A DNA stretch of 63,849 nucleotides, filler included, from Chiloscyllium plagiosum (GCF_004010195.1; 6 parts of one record of this genome joined end to end with filler, not necessarily neighbours in it); one strand, 5' to 3'; positions 49,934 to 62,639 are shown, numbered from the whole stretch's first letter. A program made the numbers and translations. The notes: generated by a model not told the origin, from the sequence alone.

Positions 49934-50268
49934 CTCCTTCTCCTTTGATGCTGCCTGACCTGCTGCGCTTTTCCAGCAACACATTTTTAACCCCTCTCAA
50001 ACTAGTCTGCTCCAAGGAAAACAACCCCAGCCAAAGTACACATTGGAATATGCATATCAAGGTCCCTCTGATCTTCCAGGGTCCTACTATTCATAGTGTA
50101 CTCCCTTTCCTTGTAACCTCTCTACAAGTGCGTTACCTCACATTTTTCTGGCTTGATTTCCATTTGCCACTGCTCTAGCCAGCCGGCCAGATAATTTACA
50201 TCTTCTACAATCTATGGCTATCTTCCTCACTATTCAACACCTTACCAACTAACTTCTCTGAACTTCTT

Positions 50269-50900
50269 TTTTTATATAATATATTTTTATTAAGGAAAAA
50301 TAGATTTTTAAATATTATAACAAATACAAAACAATGCAACTCAAAACAGTACAAAAATAGTTCAAAACTAAACCCAAATAATAAAAAAAACTCCCTGGCC
50401 TACCCTCCTATGCGAATGTATAAACACATATAGAGAAGTATAACATTTTTAAAAAGCCTAAACTAGCTATTTAACTAACTAAATAAATACCTAACAATAC
50501 CTAACAATAAAATAGTAATAACTCAGCCCAGCCAAACCAAACACTCATACATTCACAGTTCCTCCTCCCTGGATATTGGACTCATGAAACACAATCGTTG
50601 CGGCTATATAAAAGCCCTTGTTAGTGTGGCTGATAAATCCGTGTCCAGGTATTTCAAAAAGGGTTGCCATGTCTTGTAAAAATTCTCAGTTTTGTGGTAT
50701 ACTATATTTGTGAGAAAATGCAGGGGAATATGCTCCATAACAATCTTCCATCAACCCAACAGGCCTGGGGGGGGGGGGTTTCTGACATCCAACCTAGCAA
50801 GATATTCTTCCTTGCACAGAATGTAAGAATATTGAAAAGTTTCGCCTTAGGCGAGTCTGCAGGAAATACAATGGGTAGGCCCAAAAGGAGCGAAATAGGG
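50269..50900 (-). mobile_element. 5'-truncated L1 LINE (ORF2 C-terminus, 3' UTR, A tail) with 13-bp TSD, inserted in an old CR1 (~49991-51350)
   Basis: Minus strand encodes LFNILTFCARKNILLGWMSETPP...W...FYKTWQPFLKYL; CTCTGAACTTCTT at 50256-50268 and 50901-50913; AATAAA-like signal and T-run at the left end. Confidence 0.8.
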
Positions 50901-51934
50901 CTCTGAACTTCTTGATCATACCCCTACATTGAAGTCCGAATCATTAATGCACACCTCAAACAGCAAGGAGCTGAGCACCACGTCTTGTGGGACCTCACTA
51001 AAAGTAGACTTCCAGTCACAGTGACATTTCTCTACTATCATCCTCTGCTTCTTAACTCTCAAACAATTGTAAATCCAACAGGTCCATGGGGTCTCACTTT
51101 ATTCACCAGTCAGCCCAGGACCTCCATGTCCTCTTGCTAAAGTCCACATAGAGCAGCAAATATATTACCTTCATCAGCACTCCTAGTTATCTCCTCAAAA
51201 AAATTTGATTAAATTTGTAAAACAAGACCTTCCTTTAACAAATCTGTACTGACTATTCCTGGTCTCTCCATGAACAGATATATTGTGTCCCTCAGGATTC
51301 TTATTGATGACTTCTATATTGCCAAGGCTAGACTGACTGGCCTGTAATTTAGGTAAAAGTGAGGACTGCAGATGCAGGAAATCAGAGTCTGGATTAGAGT
51401 GGTGCTGGAGAAGCACAGCAGGTCCCTATATTCTCTTCTAGCGATGCAAGCCAGCTTTCTCAGTCGTAATTCTTTTTCTGCAGTCTAAATACCTCTTTGG
51501 GATTTGAAGTTTAGAAGGACTTTTTTTTTGAACGTAGTGTTTTATTTCAGACTGTCACATCCTGGTTCTCTGTCTAGTCACCAGATGCTACGCCAGTCAA
51601 CCATTTTCCTTCTCAGGGTTAAACAACAGATTTCCTTTCCTCTCCGGTCAGGAAGCTGGCCACTTTTGAAACAACATCAGGAGTCCCATTTGAACTCTGA
51701 GTGAAGGACTGGGGTTGGCACTGGATCCTGGACCAGTATAGGTCACATGTGAGGGAGAGGGGGAGGTTAAAGCAGCTTTTCAGAATAGCCGAAGAATTTG
51801 TAAACTTAAAGAAAAAAAAGACCAAATCATAAGCAAAGCCATGTGTTTATTATTCACTTAGAATCAGACGGAACTTGAGAGGTCATCCAAGAAATAAACT
51901 GTCTAACAAAGCAGTCAAAAATAATCAAGGGTGG

Positions 51935-53819
51935 TAAAAACAATGACTGCAGATGCTAGAAATCAGATTCTGGATCAGTGGTGCTGGAAGAGCACAGCAG
52001 TTCAGGCAGCATCCAAGGAGCTTCGAAATCGACGTTTCGGGCAAAAGCCCTTCAACAGGAATAAAGGCAGTGAGCCTGAAGTGTGGAGAGATAAGCTAGA
52101 GGAGGGTGGGAGTGGGGAGAAAGTAGCATAGAGTACAATGGGTGAGTGGGGGAGGGGATGAAGGTNNNNNNNNNNNNNNNNNNNNNNNNNNNNNNNNNNN
52201 NNNNNNNNNNNNNNNNNNNNNNNNNNNNNNNNNNNNNNNNNNNNNNNNNNNNNNNNNNNNNNNNNNNNNNNNNNNNNNNNNNNNNNNNNNNNNNNNNNNN
52301 NNNNNNNNNNNNNNNNNNNNNNNNNNNNNNNNNNNNNNNNNNNNNNNNNNNNNNNNNNNNNNNNNNNNNNNNNNNNNNNNNNNNNNNNNNNNNNNNNNNN
52401 NNNNNNNNNNNNNNNNNNNNNNNNNNNNNNNNNNNNNNNNNNNNNNNNNNNNNNNNNNNNNNNNNNNNNNNNNNNNNNNNNNNNNNNNNNNNNNNNNNNN
52501 NNNNNNNNNNNNNNNNNNNNNNNNNNNNNNNNNNNNNNNNNNNNNNNNNNNNNNNNNNNNNNNNNNGTGGCAGGGGAAAGTGCCAGGATGGGAGGGTGGG
52601 TCGTAGGGGGGCGTGGACCTGACCAGGTAGTCACGGAGGGAACGGTCTTTGCGGAAGGCAGAAAGGGGTGGGGAGGGAAATATATCCCTGGTGGTGGGGT
52701 CTGTTTGGAGGTGGCGGAAATATCTGTGGATGATTTGGTTTATGCGAAGGTTGGTAGGGTGGAAGGTGAGCACCAGGGGCGTTCTGTCCTTGTTACAGTT
52801 GGAGGGATGGGGTCTGAGGGCAGAGGTGCGGGATGTAGACGAGACCCATTGGAGGGCATCTTTAACCACATGGGAAGAGAAATTGGGGTCTCTAAAGAAG
52901 GAGGCCATCTGATGTGTTCTGTGGTGGAACTGGTCCTCCTGGGAGCAGGTCCGGCGGAGGTGGAGGAATTGGGAATACGGGATGGCATTTTTGCAAGATG
53001 TAGGGTGGGAAGAGGTGTAATCCAGGTAGCTGTGGGAGTAGGTGGGTTTGTAAAAAATGTCAGTGTCAAGTCGGTCGTCATTAATGGAGATGGAGAGGTC
53101 CAGGAAGGGGAGGGAGGTGTCAGAGATGGTCCAGGTAAATTTAAGGTCAGGGTGGAATGTGTTGGTGAAGTTGATGAATTGCTCAACCTCCTTGCGGGAG
53201 CACGAGGTGGCGCCAATGAGGTCATCAATGTAGCGGAGGAAGAGGTGGGGAGTGGTGCCGGTGTAATTACGGAAGATCAGCTGCTCTACATAGCCAACAA
53301 AGGCACAGGCATAGCTGGGGGCCATACGTGCGCCCATGGCTACCCCTTTGGTCTGGAGGAAGTGGAGGATTCAAAGGAGAAATTGTTAAGGGTGAGGACC
53401 AGTTCGGCCAAACGAATGAGAGTGTCGGTGGAAGGGTAGTGTTAGGGGCGTCTGGAGAGGAAAAAACGGAGGGCTTGGAGGCCCTCGCCATGGCGGATGG
53501 AGGTGTAGAGGGATTGGATATCCATGGTGAAGATGAGGCATTGGGGGCCTGGGAAATGGACGTCTTGGAGGAGGTGGAGGGCGTGGGTGGTGTCTCGAAC
53601 GTATGTGGGGAGTTCCTGGACTAGGGGGGATAGGACAGTGTCGAGGTAGGTAGAGATGAGTTCAGTGGGGCAGGAGCATGCTGAGACAATGGGTCAGCCA
53701 GGGTGGTCAGGCTTGTGGATCTTGGGAAGGAGGTAGAACCGGGCAGTGCGAGGTTCCCGGACTATGAGGTTGGAAGCTGTGGGTGAGAGATCTCCTGAGG
53801 TGATGAGGTTCTATATGGT
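51935..53819 (-). mobile_element. Neptune-type PLE, RT core to pLTR (GIY-YIG part falls in the N gap)
   Basis: ORF 52096-53337 reads MGARMAPSYAC...FLRYIDD...PFLDL...YKPT...IPYSQFL...GTFPC; pLTR with mutated HHR at 52031-52058. Confidence 0.93.
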
Positions 53820-53919
53820 NNNNNNNNNNNNNNNNNNNNNNNNNNNNNNNNNNNNNNNNNNNNTTAATTAATTAANNNNNNNNNNNNNNNNNNNNNNNNN
53901 NNNNNNNNNNNNNNNNNNN

Positions 53920-54836
53920 GGATTGGAAGGAGAAGTTGTTCAGGGTGAGGACCAGTTCAGTCAGTCGGAGGAGGGTGTCAGTGGAAGGGTACTGGTTGGT
54001 ATGGCGGGAAAGGAAGAAGCGGAGGGCTTTGAGTCCTTCGTGATGGGGGATGGAGGTGTACAGGGACTGGATGTCCATGGTGAAAATAAGGCGTTGGTGA
54101 CCGGGGAAGCGAAAATCATGGAGCAGGTGGAGGGCGTGGGTGGTGTCCCGAACGTAGGTGGGGAGTTCTTGGACTAAGGGGGACAGGACGGTGTCAAGGT
54201 ATGCGGAGATGAGTTCGGTGGGGCAGGAGCAGGCGGAGACAATGGGTCGGCCGGGGCAGTCAGGTTTGTGGATTTTGGGCAGGAGGTAGAAGCGGGAGGT
54301 GCGGGGTTGTGGGACTATGAGTTTGGAGGCGGTGGATGGGAGATCCCCCGAGGTGATGAGGTTATGGACGGTCTGGGAGATGATGGTTTGGTGGTGGGGG
54401 GTGGGGTCATGGTCAAGGGGGCAGTAGGAGGAGGTATCTGCGAGCTGGCGTTTGGCCTCAGCGGTGTAGAGGTCGGTGCGCCAAACTACTACCGCGCCTC
54501 CCTTGTCTGCTGGTTTGATAGTGAGGTTGGGGTTGCAACGGAGGGAGTGGAGGGCTGCGCGTTCCGAAGGTGAGAGGTTGGAGTGGGTGAGAGGGGTGGG
54601 GGAGTTCAGGTGGCGGTTAATATCGCGGCGGCAGTTGGATATGAACAGGTCGAGGGCAGGTAGGAGGCCAGCACGGGGTGTCCAGGTGGATGGGGTGTGT
54701 TGGAGGCGGGAGAAGGGGTCGTCAGAGGGTGGGCGGGAGTCTTGGTTAAAGAAATAGGCGCGGAGGCGAAGGCGGCGGAAGAATTGTTCAATGTCACACC
54801 GCGTGTTGAATTCATCAATCCGGGTGCGTAGGGGAA
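53920..54836 (-). mobile_element. Separate PLE copy, RT N-terminal half
   Basis: MDIQSLYTSIPH...LVLTLNNFSFQS and KPADKGG. It covers the same coding interval as 53370-53819, so it is a different copy, closest to 48400-49158. Confidence 0.9.
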
Positions 54837-54980
54837 ATGTAATGTTTGAAATGTAATGTCTTTCTACATTAGGAACACTCTGTATCCTCTGGGCAAAATT
54901 CTGCTCCCTTTATTTAAGGAAGGAAGCGAGTGTATCAGAAAAAAGATCTGGGAAGTTTTACTAAACTAATGCCTGGAATG

Positions 54981-55179
54981 AAAGCCAATTACTGCAGATG
55001 CTGGAATCTGAAACCAAAAGAGAAAATGCTGGAAAATCTCAGCAGGTCTGGCAACAACTGTGAGGAGAGAAAAGAGCTGACTTTCAAAGGGTCAGTTAGA
55101 CTCGAAACGTCAGCTGTTTTCTCTCCTTATAGATGCTGCCAGACCTGCTGAGATTTTCTTGCATTTTCTCTTTTGGTTT
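54981..55179. mobile_element. Fold-back pLTR mini-insertion (U3-A8 HHR family) with perfect 15-bp TSD, inside a CR1 remnant
   Basis: CTAATGCCTGGAATG at 54966-54980 and 55180-55194; arms AAACCAAAAGAGAAAATGC...GAGCTGAC and GTCAGCT...GCATTTTCTCTTTTGGTTT; same family as 23920-24019. Confidence 0.88.
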
Positions 55180-55929
55180 CTAATGCCTGGAATGTGCAGT
55201 TTATCTCATGAGTTAGGTAGGACATACTAGGTTTGCAACTGTTGGAATTTAGAGATCAAGAGGTGACCTGATTGAAAATGTATAAGACCCCAGGGGCTTT
55301 GACAGGGTGAATGTGGGAAAGATGTTTCTTCATGTGGGTGAATCTAGAACCAAGGGTCTCTGTTTATAGGTGAGTGGTGCCCATTTAAGATGCACTTGAG
55401 GATAGTTTTGTTTTTCATTGAGGATTGTGAGTGTGCGAAACCCATTCTGGAGTGATGGGGATTCCGTGTCCACAGTTTTTGGCAGTGTGACCTGTTCAAC
55501 CATTTCTCCAAGGGCAGCCTCAGAATTGGTGTCAGCTTGGCATCTAATTGAAGATGGTAGGCAGGATGAAGATGCCAATTAAAGAGTCACCCAAAAGAAG
55601 TTGGTGAGGCAAGGATCAAGAGGCTGCCTCAAGTTTGAAATGAACTTAGAGAAAAGGACTGGTGATGCCAGGTTGGCTAGGCTCCTTGGAATGGCAGACT
55701 GGCACCATGTGGGCTGCCTTACCTGTCCATAGCCCCTTCTTTGGATGGTCAAGTGATGCCACCCCCCTGACTAGTGGCGTCTGCCACTCCATCAGCAAAA
55801 ATGCTGACACCCTGTAAAATGTCCCTTAAAAGTGCTTTGAGTATTTTAATTGACTTCCCTTCTCTGTTTGACAAGTCCAAAGCCAGACGTCAGCTCTGTT
55901 ACTCTCCATAGCAGCGGTTTCTGTTTTCT

Positions 55930-56495
55930 ATTATCCCCTCGAGACTGAATACTAAACTTAGTGATCTCGGCCTAAGCAGCACTCCCTGCAACTGGATCCT
56001 CAGTTTCCTGACCCACAGGCCATAATAAGTGAAAATTGGGGACAATATTTCATCCTCACTAACACTCCACACTGCAGCCCCCAGGGATGCGTACTCAGCC
56101 CCCTACTGTACTCACTGTATACCCATGACTGCGTCACCAAATATCATTTACAAGTTCGCTGATGACACCACCATAGTCGGTTGAATCGCAGATGGCAACG
56201 AAACAGACTACAGACGGGAGGTGGAAGACCTGGAAAAATGGTGCGCTGAGAACAACCTTGCCGGCAAAACGCAGGCATCAGCTGGTTTCGAAACAGTTTC
56301 TACCTTACTGTTGTTAGAATACTGAATGGACTCACAAACTCTTAGCATTCGCCTGCACTTGTGTTTTGTTTTTGCTGCTGTTTACCTGTTATTTACTTAT
56401 TTATGGTACTTAACTATGTGATCTGCCTGTATTGCTCACAAGGCAAAGCTTTGCTCAGTACACATGACAATAAATTCAGTTCAATTCCAATTCAA
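55930..56495 (+). mobile_element. Rex1/Babar-type LINE RT fragment with 3' end
   Basis: Encodes [14 protein letters not shown]...[30 protein letters not shown] and KFADDTTIVG; ends TGACAATAAATTC with an (AATTC)n-like tail. Confidence 0.8.
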
Positions 56496-58499
56496 TACAA
56501 TTGTATTCAGATTTCCACTGTCCACAGTACAAGGAAGTATGTTTTATCTGACACTCATTCCATTCATCAGAATGTACCAACATCTGGAATCTACAATATT
56601 CCTGCCAGGCTTTTATCAAATACTGATGCAGATGGTCAGAAGTGATTGTAAAACGACCAGCTGAAGGTTAAATTTTCCTCTCAGCATTTACAATGAAAAG
56701 AATCAAAGATAGAAAGGCTCAAAGTCTCTGCAAGTCGCAATGTACGTTTTTGTTTGATTATCGCTACAGGATGCAATGAGTTAACTGATCTCCCAGTACC
56801 ACCAGACCATAATTCATGTTTTATAACACAAATGTTGCTGTTTCATTTTTTTCTTGTGGGACTGTTGTGGAATTTGATTTGATTTTCCCAAATTGAATAC
56901 AGCCAGATTGTGATAACAAAGGAAGGTGCCAGTCAATAAGTGCTAAAAGTAGAGATTAACTAGGAATTGTAAAATCCAAAGATGTATGGCATAGATACTT
57001 GCATAATAAAAAAGTTTATTTCCTTTATTCAAAATTAGTGCTGTAAGGTGAAGCAAAACAGTTCCCATGGTTGTGCAGTCTACAACCACAATTAATGCAT
57101 CTTTCTCAAGGTGACAGCTGTGACATTTCTCCGAGTGTAAACGAGGGAACCATTTTACGCAAGTGGGCAGATGGATGAACTGGCTTTTAGCATAAAGGTT
57201 ATCCTGTCCCAGTAGCTGAACGGACAACCTTCATTGCAAATGCAGCTATCCACCTCCAGGGAGTTAAAAGGCAGAACATCGCATTATAAAATACATGTGC
57301 GAGAAACAAAACCAAGCATCAAAAAGAAGAATTTGCTGGCAGTTGGCGGAAGATTTCCCTTCAATATCACACAGAATAATTAAAATTCACTATCGTTGCA
57401 GCTGTCTCATGCACTGACATAATGCAGGTGACCATCAAATTTACAGGAGGAGAGGCTATGAGATGAATGAACAAGTCATGGTTAGAAATGATGAAACCCG
57501 ATTTTCAAAATCTGTGGAGGGACAGAAGACCATTGAAAGCCAGGACTTATGAGGTCCAAGACTGAAAGAGGACTTGTAATAATTCAAACATTTTTCTCCA
57601 GAAGAACTAGGTTTCAGACACTGTGATAAATGTGTTCATATTTACAGTTCACCAGTCTTAGCAACAGAATGGTGGGATCAGGAAGAATATATCTGTGACA
57701 TATCTTCACTGGTTTCTATCTTATATCATCAGACCACTTAAATCACAAGATTTATCTGATATTTATGCATTAATATTTCGTTTCACACAGGGTTGTTGGA
57801 GAGTGGAATGCTTTGGAACAAGAAATAATTGAAATAGAGAACATTACATCTGTTCAGTGGAAAGTGAAAACCGCTAAGTATTTGATGCAGAGGACAATAC
57901 CAGGGATAAGGGGAGAAAGCAAGAGAGAAGGATTAATGTTTGGCTGCTTTTGCAAAGAACTTGCACAATAAATTAACTGGCCATCTTCCATGCTGAAAGC
58001 TTTTATAGTTTTATGGTCCCAAGTTTGTAATTCTTAATATTTTGGCATAAAAATTGATTCTCTAAACTCCCCAGAGTCAGAAAAGAATGGAAGAAGTAAA
58101 GGCTTGCATTTATATACCAATTTATGTATAAAAATAAAGTAATTAATTACCCAGTTTATTTAGAAATGAACAATTCTGATTTGCAGGAACCAATGAATAA
58201 ATCATAAATGTTTTGGTCGATGCCTAATTTAATTTAATATTTGGTGCATTGTAACATCTCTAGGTATTGTAGCTAAAGTTTGCTTAGTTGTAATATGAAG
58301 AACGAAACACCACTTGACAGAAATTTAAATTGTACCCTGCAGTACAACAAAAAAAAACATGCTCACTGTCAGCACTTAGAATGGGCATGGCCACAGAATG
58401 GATTTGCACAAGATTGTTGTTTACAGGGCCTCGATTAAATGATGACAAGAATATGATGGAATGCTTTGTTGTTATACTCAAGAACACATTTGGTTTAGG

Positions 58500-58815
58500 G
58501 GAAGAAAGGGTGGGGGAGTCCAGAACTAGAGGGCATAGGTTTAGGGTGAGAGGGGAAAGATATAAAAGAGATCTAAGGGGCAACTTTTTCACACAGAGGG
58601 TATGGAATGAGCTGCCAGAGGAAATGGTGGAGGCTAGTACAATTGCAACATTTGAAAGGCATTTGGACGGGTATATGAATAGGAAGGGTTTATAGGGATA
58701 TGGGCCGGGTGCTGGCAGGTGGGACTAGATTGGGTTGGGATAGCTGGTCAGCATGGACAAATTAGACTAACGGGTCTGTTTCCATGCTGTACATCTCTAT
58801 GGCTCTATGACTCTA
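58500..58815 (+). mobile_element. CR1 (HER1-like) 3' end
   Basis: ESRTRGHRFRVRGERYKRDLRGNFFTQR.WNELP; tail CTCTATGGCTCTATGACTCTA. Confidence 0.88.
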
Positions 58816-58906
58816 AACGGCATTTGAAACACAAATCGTGAAGAGTCACCGGACATTGGTACAACAGGAATAAAGCACAGAATTTGTATGAATGCATAAC
58901 CCATAC

Positions 58907-61010
58907 CAATCCGAGATGCATTCTTAGAACAGCTGGTGCTGGAGCCTACCAGGGAGAAGGCAATTCTGGATCTAGTATTGTGCAATGAACCAGAATTGAT
59001 CAGGGAACTCGAAGTGAAGGAGCCATTAGGAGGTAGTGACCATAATATAATAAGCTTCAATCTGCAATTTGAAAGGGAGAGGGTACAATCGATAGTGACA
59101 ACATTTCAGTTGAATAAAGGGAACTATGGAGCTATGAGGGAGGAGCTGGCCAAAGTTCAATGGTGCAATACCTGAGCAGCGATGACAGTGGAGGAACAGA
59201 TATTTCTGGGTATAATGCAGAAGATGCAGGTTCAGTTCATTCCAAAAAGGAAGAAAGATCCTATGAGGAGGCATGGGTGTCTGTGGCTGACGAGGGAAGT
59301 TAAGAAACATATAAAGTCAAAAGAGAAAAAGTATAACATAGCAAAGATAAGTGGGAAAATGGAGGACTGGGAAGCTTTCAAAGAACAACAGAGGATAACT
59401 AAGAAGGAAATACGCAGAGTAAAAAATGAGGTATGAAGGTAAACTGGCCAAAAATATAAAGGAGGATAGTAAAAGCTTTTTTAGGTATGTGAAAGGGAAA
59501 AAAATGGTTAAGACTAAAATTGGGCCCTTGAAGACAGAAACAGGGGAATATATTATGGGGAACAAAGAAATGTCAGAAGAGTTGAATTGGTACTTCAGAT
59601 CTGTGTTCACTGGGGAAGACACAAGCAATCTCCCTGAGGTAATAGTGACTGAAGGACCTGCACTTGAGGGAATTTATATTTGCCAGGAATTAGTGTTGGA
59701 GAGACTGTTAGGTCTGACAGTTGATAAGTCCCTGGGGCCTGATGGTCTACAACCCAAGGTACTGAAGGAGGTGGCTCTAAAAATCGTAGATGCATTGGTG
59801 ATTATTTTCCAGAGTTCGATAGATTCAGGATCAGTTCCTGTGGATTGGAGGGTGGCTAATGTTGTACCACTTTTTAAGAAAGGAGCGAGAGAGAAAGAAG
59901 GAAATTATAGACCAGTTAGTCTGACCTCAGTGGTGGGAAAGATGCTGGAGTCAATTATAAAGGATGAAATTTCAACACATCTGGATAGCAGTAACAGGAT
60001 AGGTCAGAGTCAGCATGGATTTATGAAGGGGAAGTCATGTTTGACTAATCTTCTGGAATTTTTGAGGATGTAACTCTGAAGATGGACAAGGGAGATCCAG
60101 TGGATGTAGTTTACCTGGACTTTCAGAAAGCCTTTGATAAAGTCCCACATAGGAGGTTAGTGAGCAAAATTAGGTCGCATGGTATTGGGGGCATAGTACT
60201 AACTTGGTTGGCTGACAGGAAACAAAGAGTAGTGATAAACGGCTCCCTTTCGGAATGGCAGGCAATGACCAGTGGGGTGCCACAGGGATCAGTGCTAGGA
60301 CCGCAGCTTTTTACAATATATATTACCGATATAGATGATGGTATTAAAAGTAATATTAGCAAATTTGCTGATGATACAAAGCTGGGTGGCAGGGTGAAAT
60401 GTGAAGAGGATGTTAGGAGAATACAGGGTGACCTGGACAGGCTAGGTGAGTGGACAGATGCATGGCAGATGCAGTTTAATGTGGATAAATGTATGGTTAT
60501 CCACTTTGGTGGCAAGAACAGGAAGGCAGATTACTACCTAAATGGAATCAATTTAGGTAAAGAGATCTGGGTGTTCTTGCACACCAGTCAATGAAGGTAA
60601 GCATACAGGTACAGCAGGTAGTGAAGAAGGCTAATAGCATGCTGGCCTTCATAACAAGAGGGATTGAGTATAGAAGCAAAGAGGTTCTTCTGCAGCTGTA
60701 CAGGGCCCTGGTGAGACCACACCTGGAGTACTGTGTGCAATTCTGGTCTCCAAATTTGAGGAAAGACATTCTGACTATTGAGGGAGTGCAGCGTAGGTTC
60801 ACAAGGTCAATTCCTGGAATGGCAGGATTACCATACACTGAAAGACTGAAGCGACTGGGCTTGTATACCCTTGAGTTTAGAAGACCTGAGAGGGGATCTG
60901 ATTGAGACATATAAGATTATGAAAGGATTGGACACTCTAGAGGCAGGAAACATGTTTCCGCTGATGGGTGAGTGCCGAACCAGAGGACACAGCTTAAAAA
61001 TAAGGGGTAG
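58907..61010 (+). mobile_element. CR1 LINE ORF2 (endonuclease end, full RT, C-terminus), several frameshifts and stops
   Basis: Consecutive ORFs contain PTREKAILDLV, SDHN, NYRPVSLTSVVGK, YLDFQKAFDKVPH, GVPQGSVLGP, KFADDTKL and RPHLEYCVQFWSP. Confidence 0.95.
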
Positions 61011-61150
61011 NNNNNNNNNNNNNNNNNNNNNNNNNNNNNNNNNNNNNNNNNNNNTTAATTAATTAANNNNNNNNNNNNNNNNNNNNNNNNNNNNNNNNNN
61101 NNNNNNNNNNCACACTCTCTCCCCCCTCCTCCACCCCCAGGGACACACTG

Positions 61151-61489
61151 TCCCCCCTCCTCTACCCCTAGGGATGTACAATGCTTCAAACACGCAGGTG
61201 TGCTTACTGTTTGAAGCCTTGTACTTTTCATGTCCATAAGCCAAGTCCATTGGCATGGCAACAATATATGCCCCGTGCATTTTGAAAAGCGAGTGAACAG
61301 TTGCTAAATCCAGCTTATTCCCCCCTCCTCTACCCCTAGGGATGTACAATGCTTCAAACACGCAGGTGTGCTTACTGTTTGAAGCCTTGTACATTTCATG
61401 TCCATAAGCCAAGTCCATTGGCATGGCAACAATATATGCCCCGTGCATTTTGAAAAGCGAGTGAACAGTTGCTAAAATCCAGCTTATTC
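61151..61489. repeat. 168-bp tandem duplication (2 copies, 2 differences) beside a gap
   Basis: Copies start at 61151 and 61319; they differ at GTACTTTTC/GTACATTTC and GCTAAATCC/GCTAAAATCC. Confidence 0.9.
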
Positions 61490-61929
61490 ACTCACTCTAT
61501 CATGCTGCATCATGATTCAGTTGAGTTGCAAAAGGCCAAAGAATGAAATCAGAAAATGGAATTTGGCCTGACCTTAAGGGAGGTAACAGTACTAAGATTT
61601 TTGACAAGTCAGTTTTTAATTCGAGTTGTTTTTAGCAAGTACTTGGTGGCCTAGTTTGACGAACAATTGAGTTACTAATTATATGTGAAATACTGGTGGT
61701 TGGGTGTGATCTTTAAATGATTGAATATTTTATAAGTGGTGCTTATGTTGTCTGTATTTCTGTGGAACTGTCGAAATCCTGTGAAGGCAGAAATGTAACA
61801 GGAAAAGCTGAGTATATTAGACAGGTTTTTCTTTACCTTTGTCATTACCTCTCGACCCCTCAACCGCCTCCGATTTTGCTTGTTGGATCTTCAACACAAA
61901 ATAGGCAGAAGATTGTGGGCTCAGTATGG

Positions 61930-62638
61930 TTGTGTCAGTTTTTATTGCTCCTCCCTAATTGCCCTGGTGAAGATGTTGCAGGAGATGGGGGTGTGTTGCT
62001 TTGTCTGGTGAGCCTTGTCTTGAATGGTGTCAACCTGCAGTCCTTGGGGTGTTGGGACCCCCAAAACGCTGTTAGGAAGGTTTTCCCATGATTTTGACTT
62101 GATGACACTGAAGGAACAGTGATATATTTCTAAGTCAGGGCAACATGTCACTTTGAGAGGAACTTGTAGCTAGTGGTGTTCCCAAGGTCTCTGCTGACCT
62201 TGTCCATCTAGGTGGCAGAGAGCACAGGCTTTCAAGGTGCTGTCTATGGAGCGTAGGTAAATTTCTGCAGTGCTTCTTCTAGATGGCACACAATGCTCAG
62301 TCTGCATCAGTGGTTGAAGAAGTGAACATTGAAGGTGATGAAGGAGGTGCCAATCCTATATGATGGGGGACCCAATACATAAGTGCAAAAAATAAGTCTG
62401 AATCATTCGCAGCAATCTTCAGCCAAAAGTGCTGAGTGGATGATCCATCTTAGCCTCCTTCAGTGGTCCCTAGCATCATAGCTACCAGTCTTTCGTCATT
62501 TGATTCCCTCCACATGATATGAAGTTGGCGGTATTGGATACTGCAAAGGCTATGGGCCCTGATAACATTTCAGCACAGTACTGAAGACTTGTGCTCCAGA
62601 ACGTGATACTCCCCTAGCCAATACCTTTCAGTACAGTT
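61930..62638. mobile_element. LINE family B: minus-strand 3' end (61930-62355) joined to a plus-strand RT-upstream segment (62360-62638)
   Basis: Left part matches the 17850-18260 tail; right part (GCAATCTTCAGCCAAAAGTGC...GATACTGCAAAGGCTATGGGCCCTGA) matches 5030-5200. Confidence 0.65.
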
Positions 62639-62639
62639 A

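Larger units (their letters stand above)
49157..49990 (+). mobile_element. PLE RT-thumb/linker segment, 39-bp array and tandem pLTRs
   Basis: DRTPLVLTYHP...SLRDSLVRS...TFPCNRRRCKTC, homologous to the 52096-53337 ORF. GIY-YIG is absent; two pLTR copies follow. Confidence 0.9.

Noticed and set aside
52567..53439. 290-aa plus-strand ORF and similar Gly/Val/Glu-rich ORFs at 48287, 48760, 53923 and 54268
   Set aside because: Antisense shadows of C-rich PLE RT coding sequence.
51935..54836. One full-length intact PLE
   Set aside because: The parts either side of the 53820-53919 linker overlap in coding position and differ in sequence, and the left copy is frameshifted near 53350.
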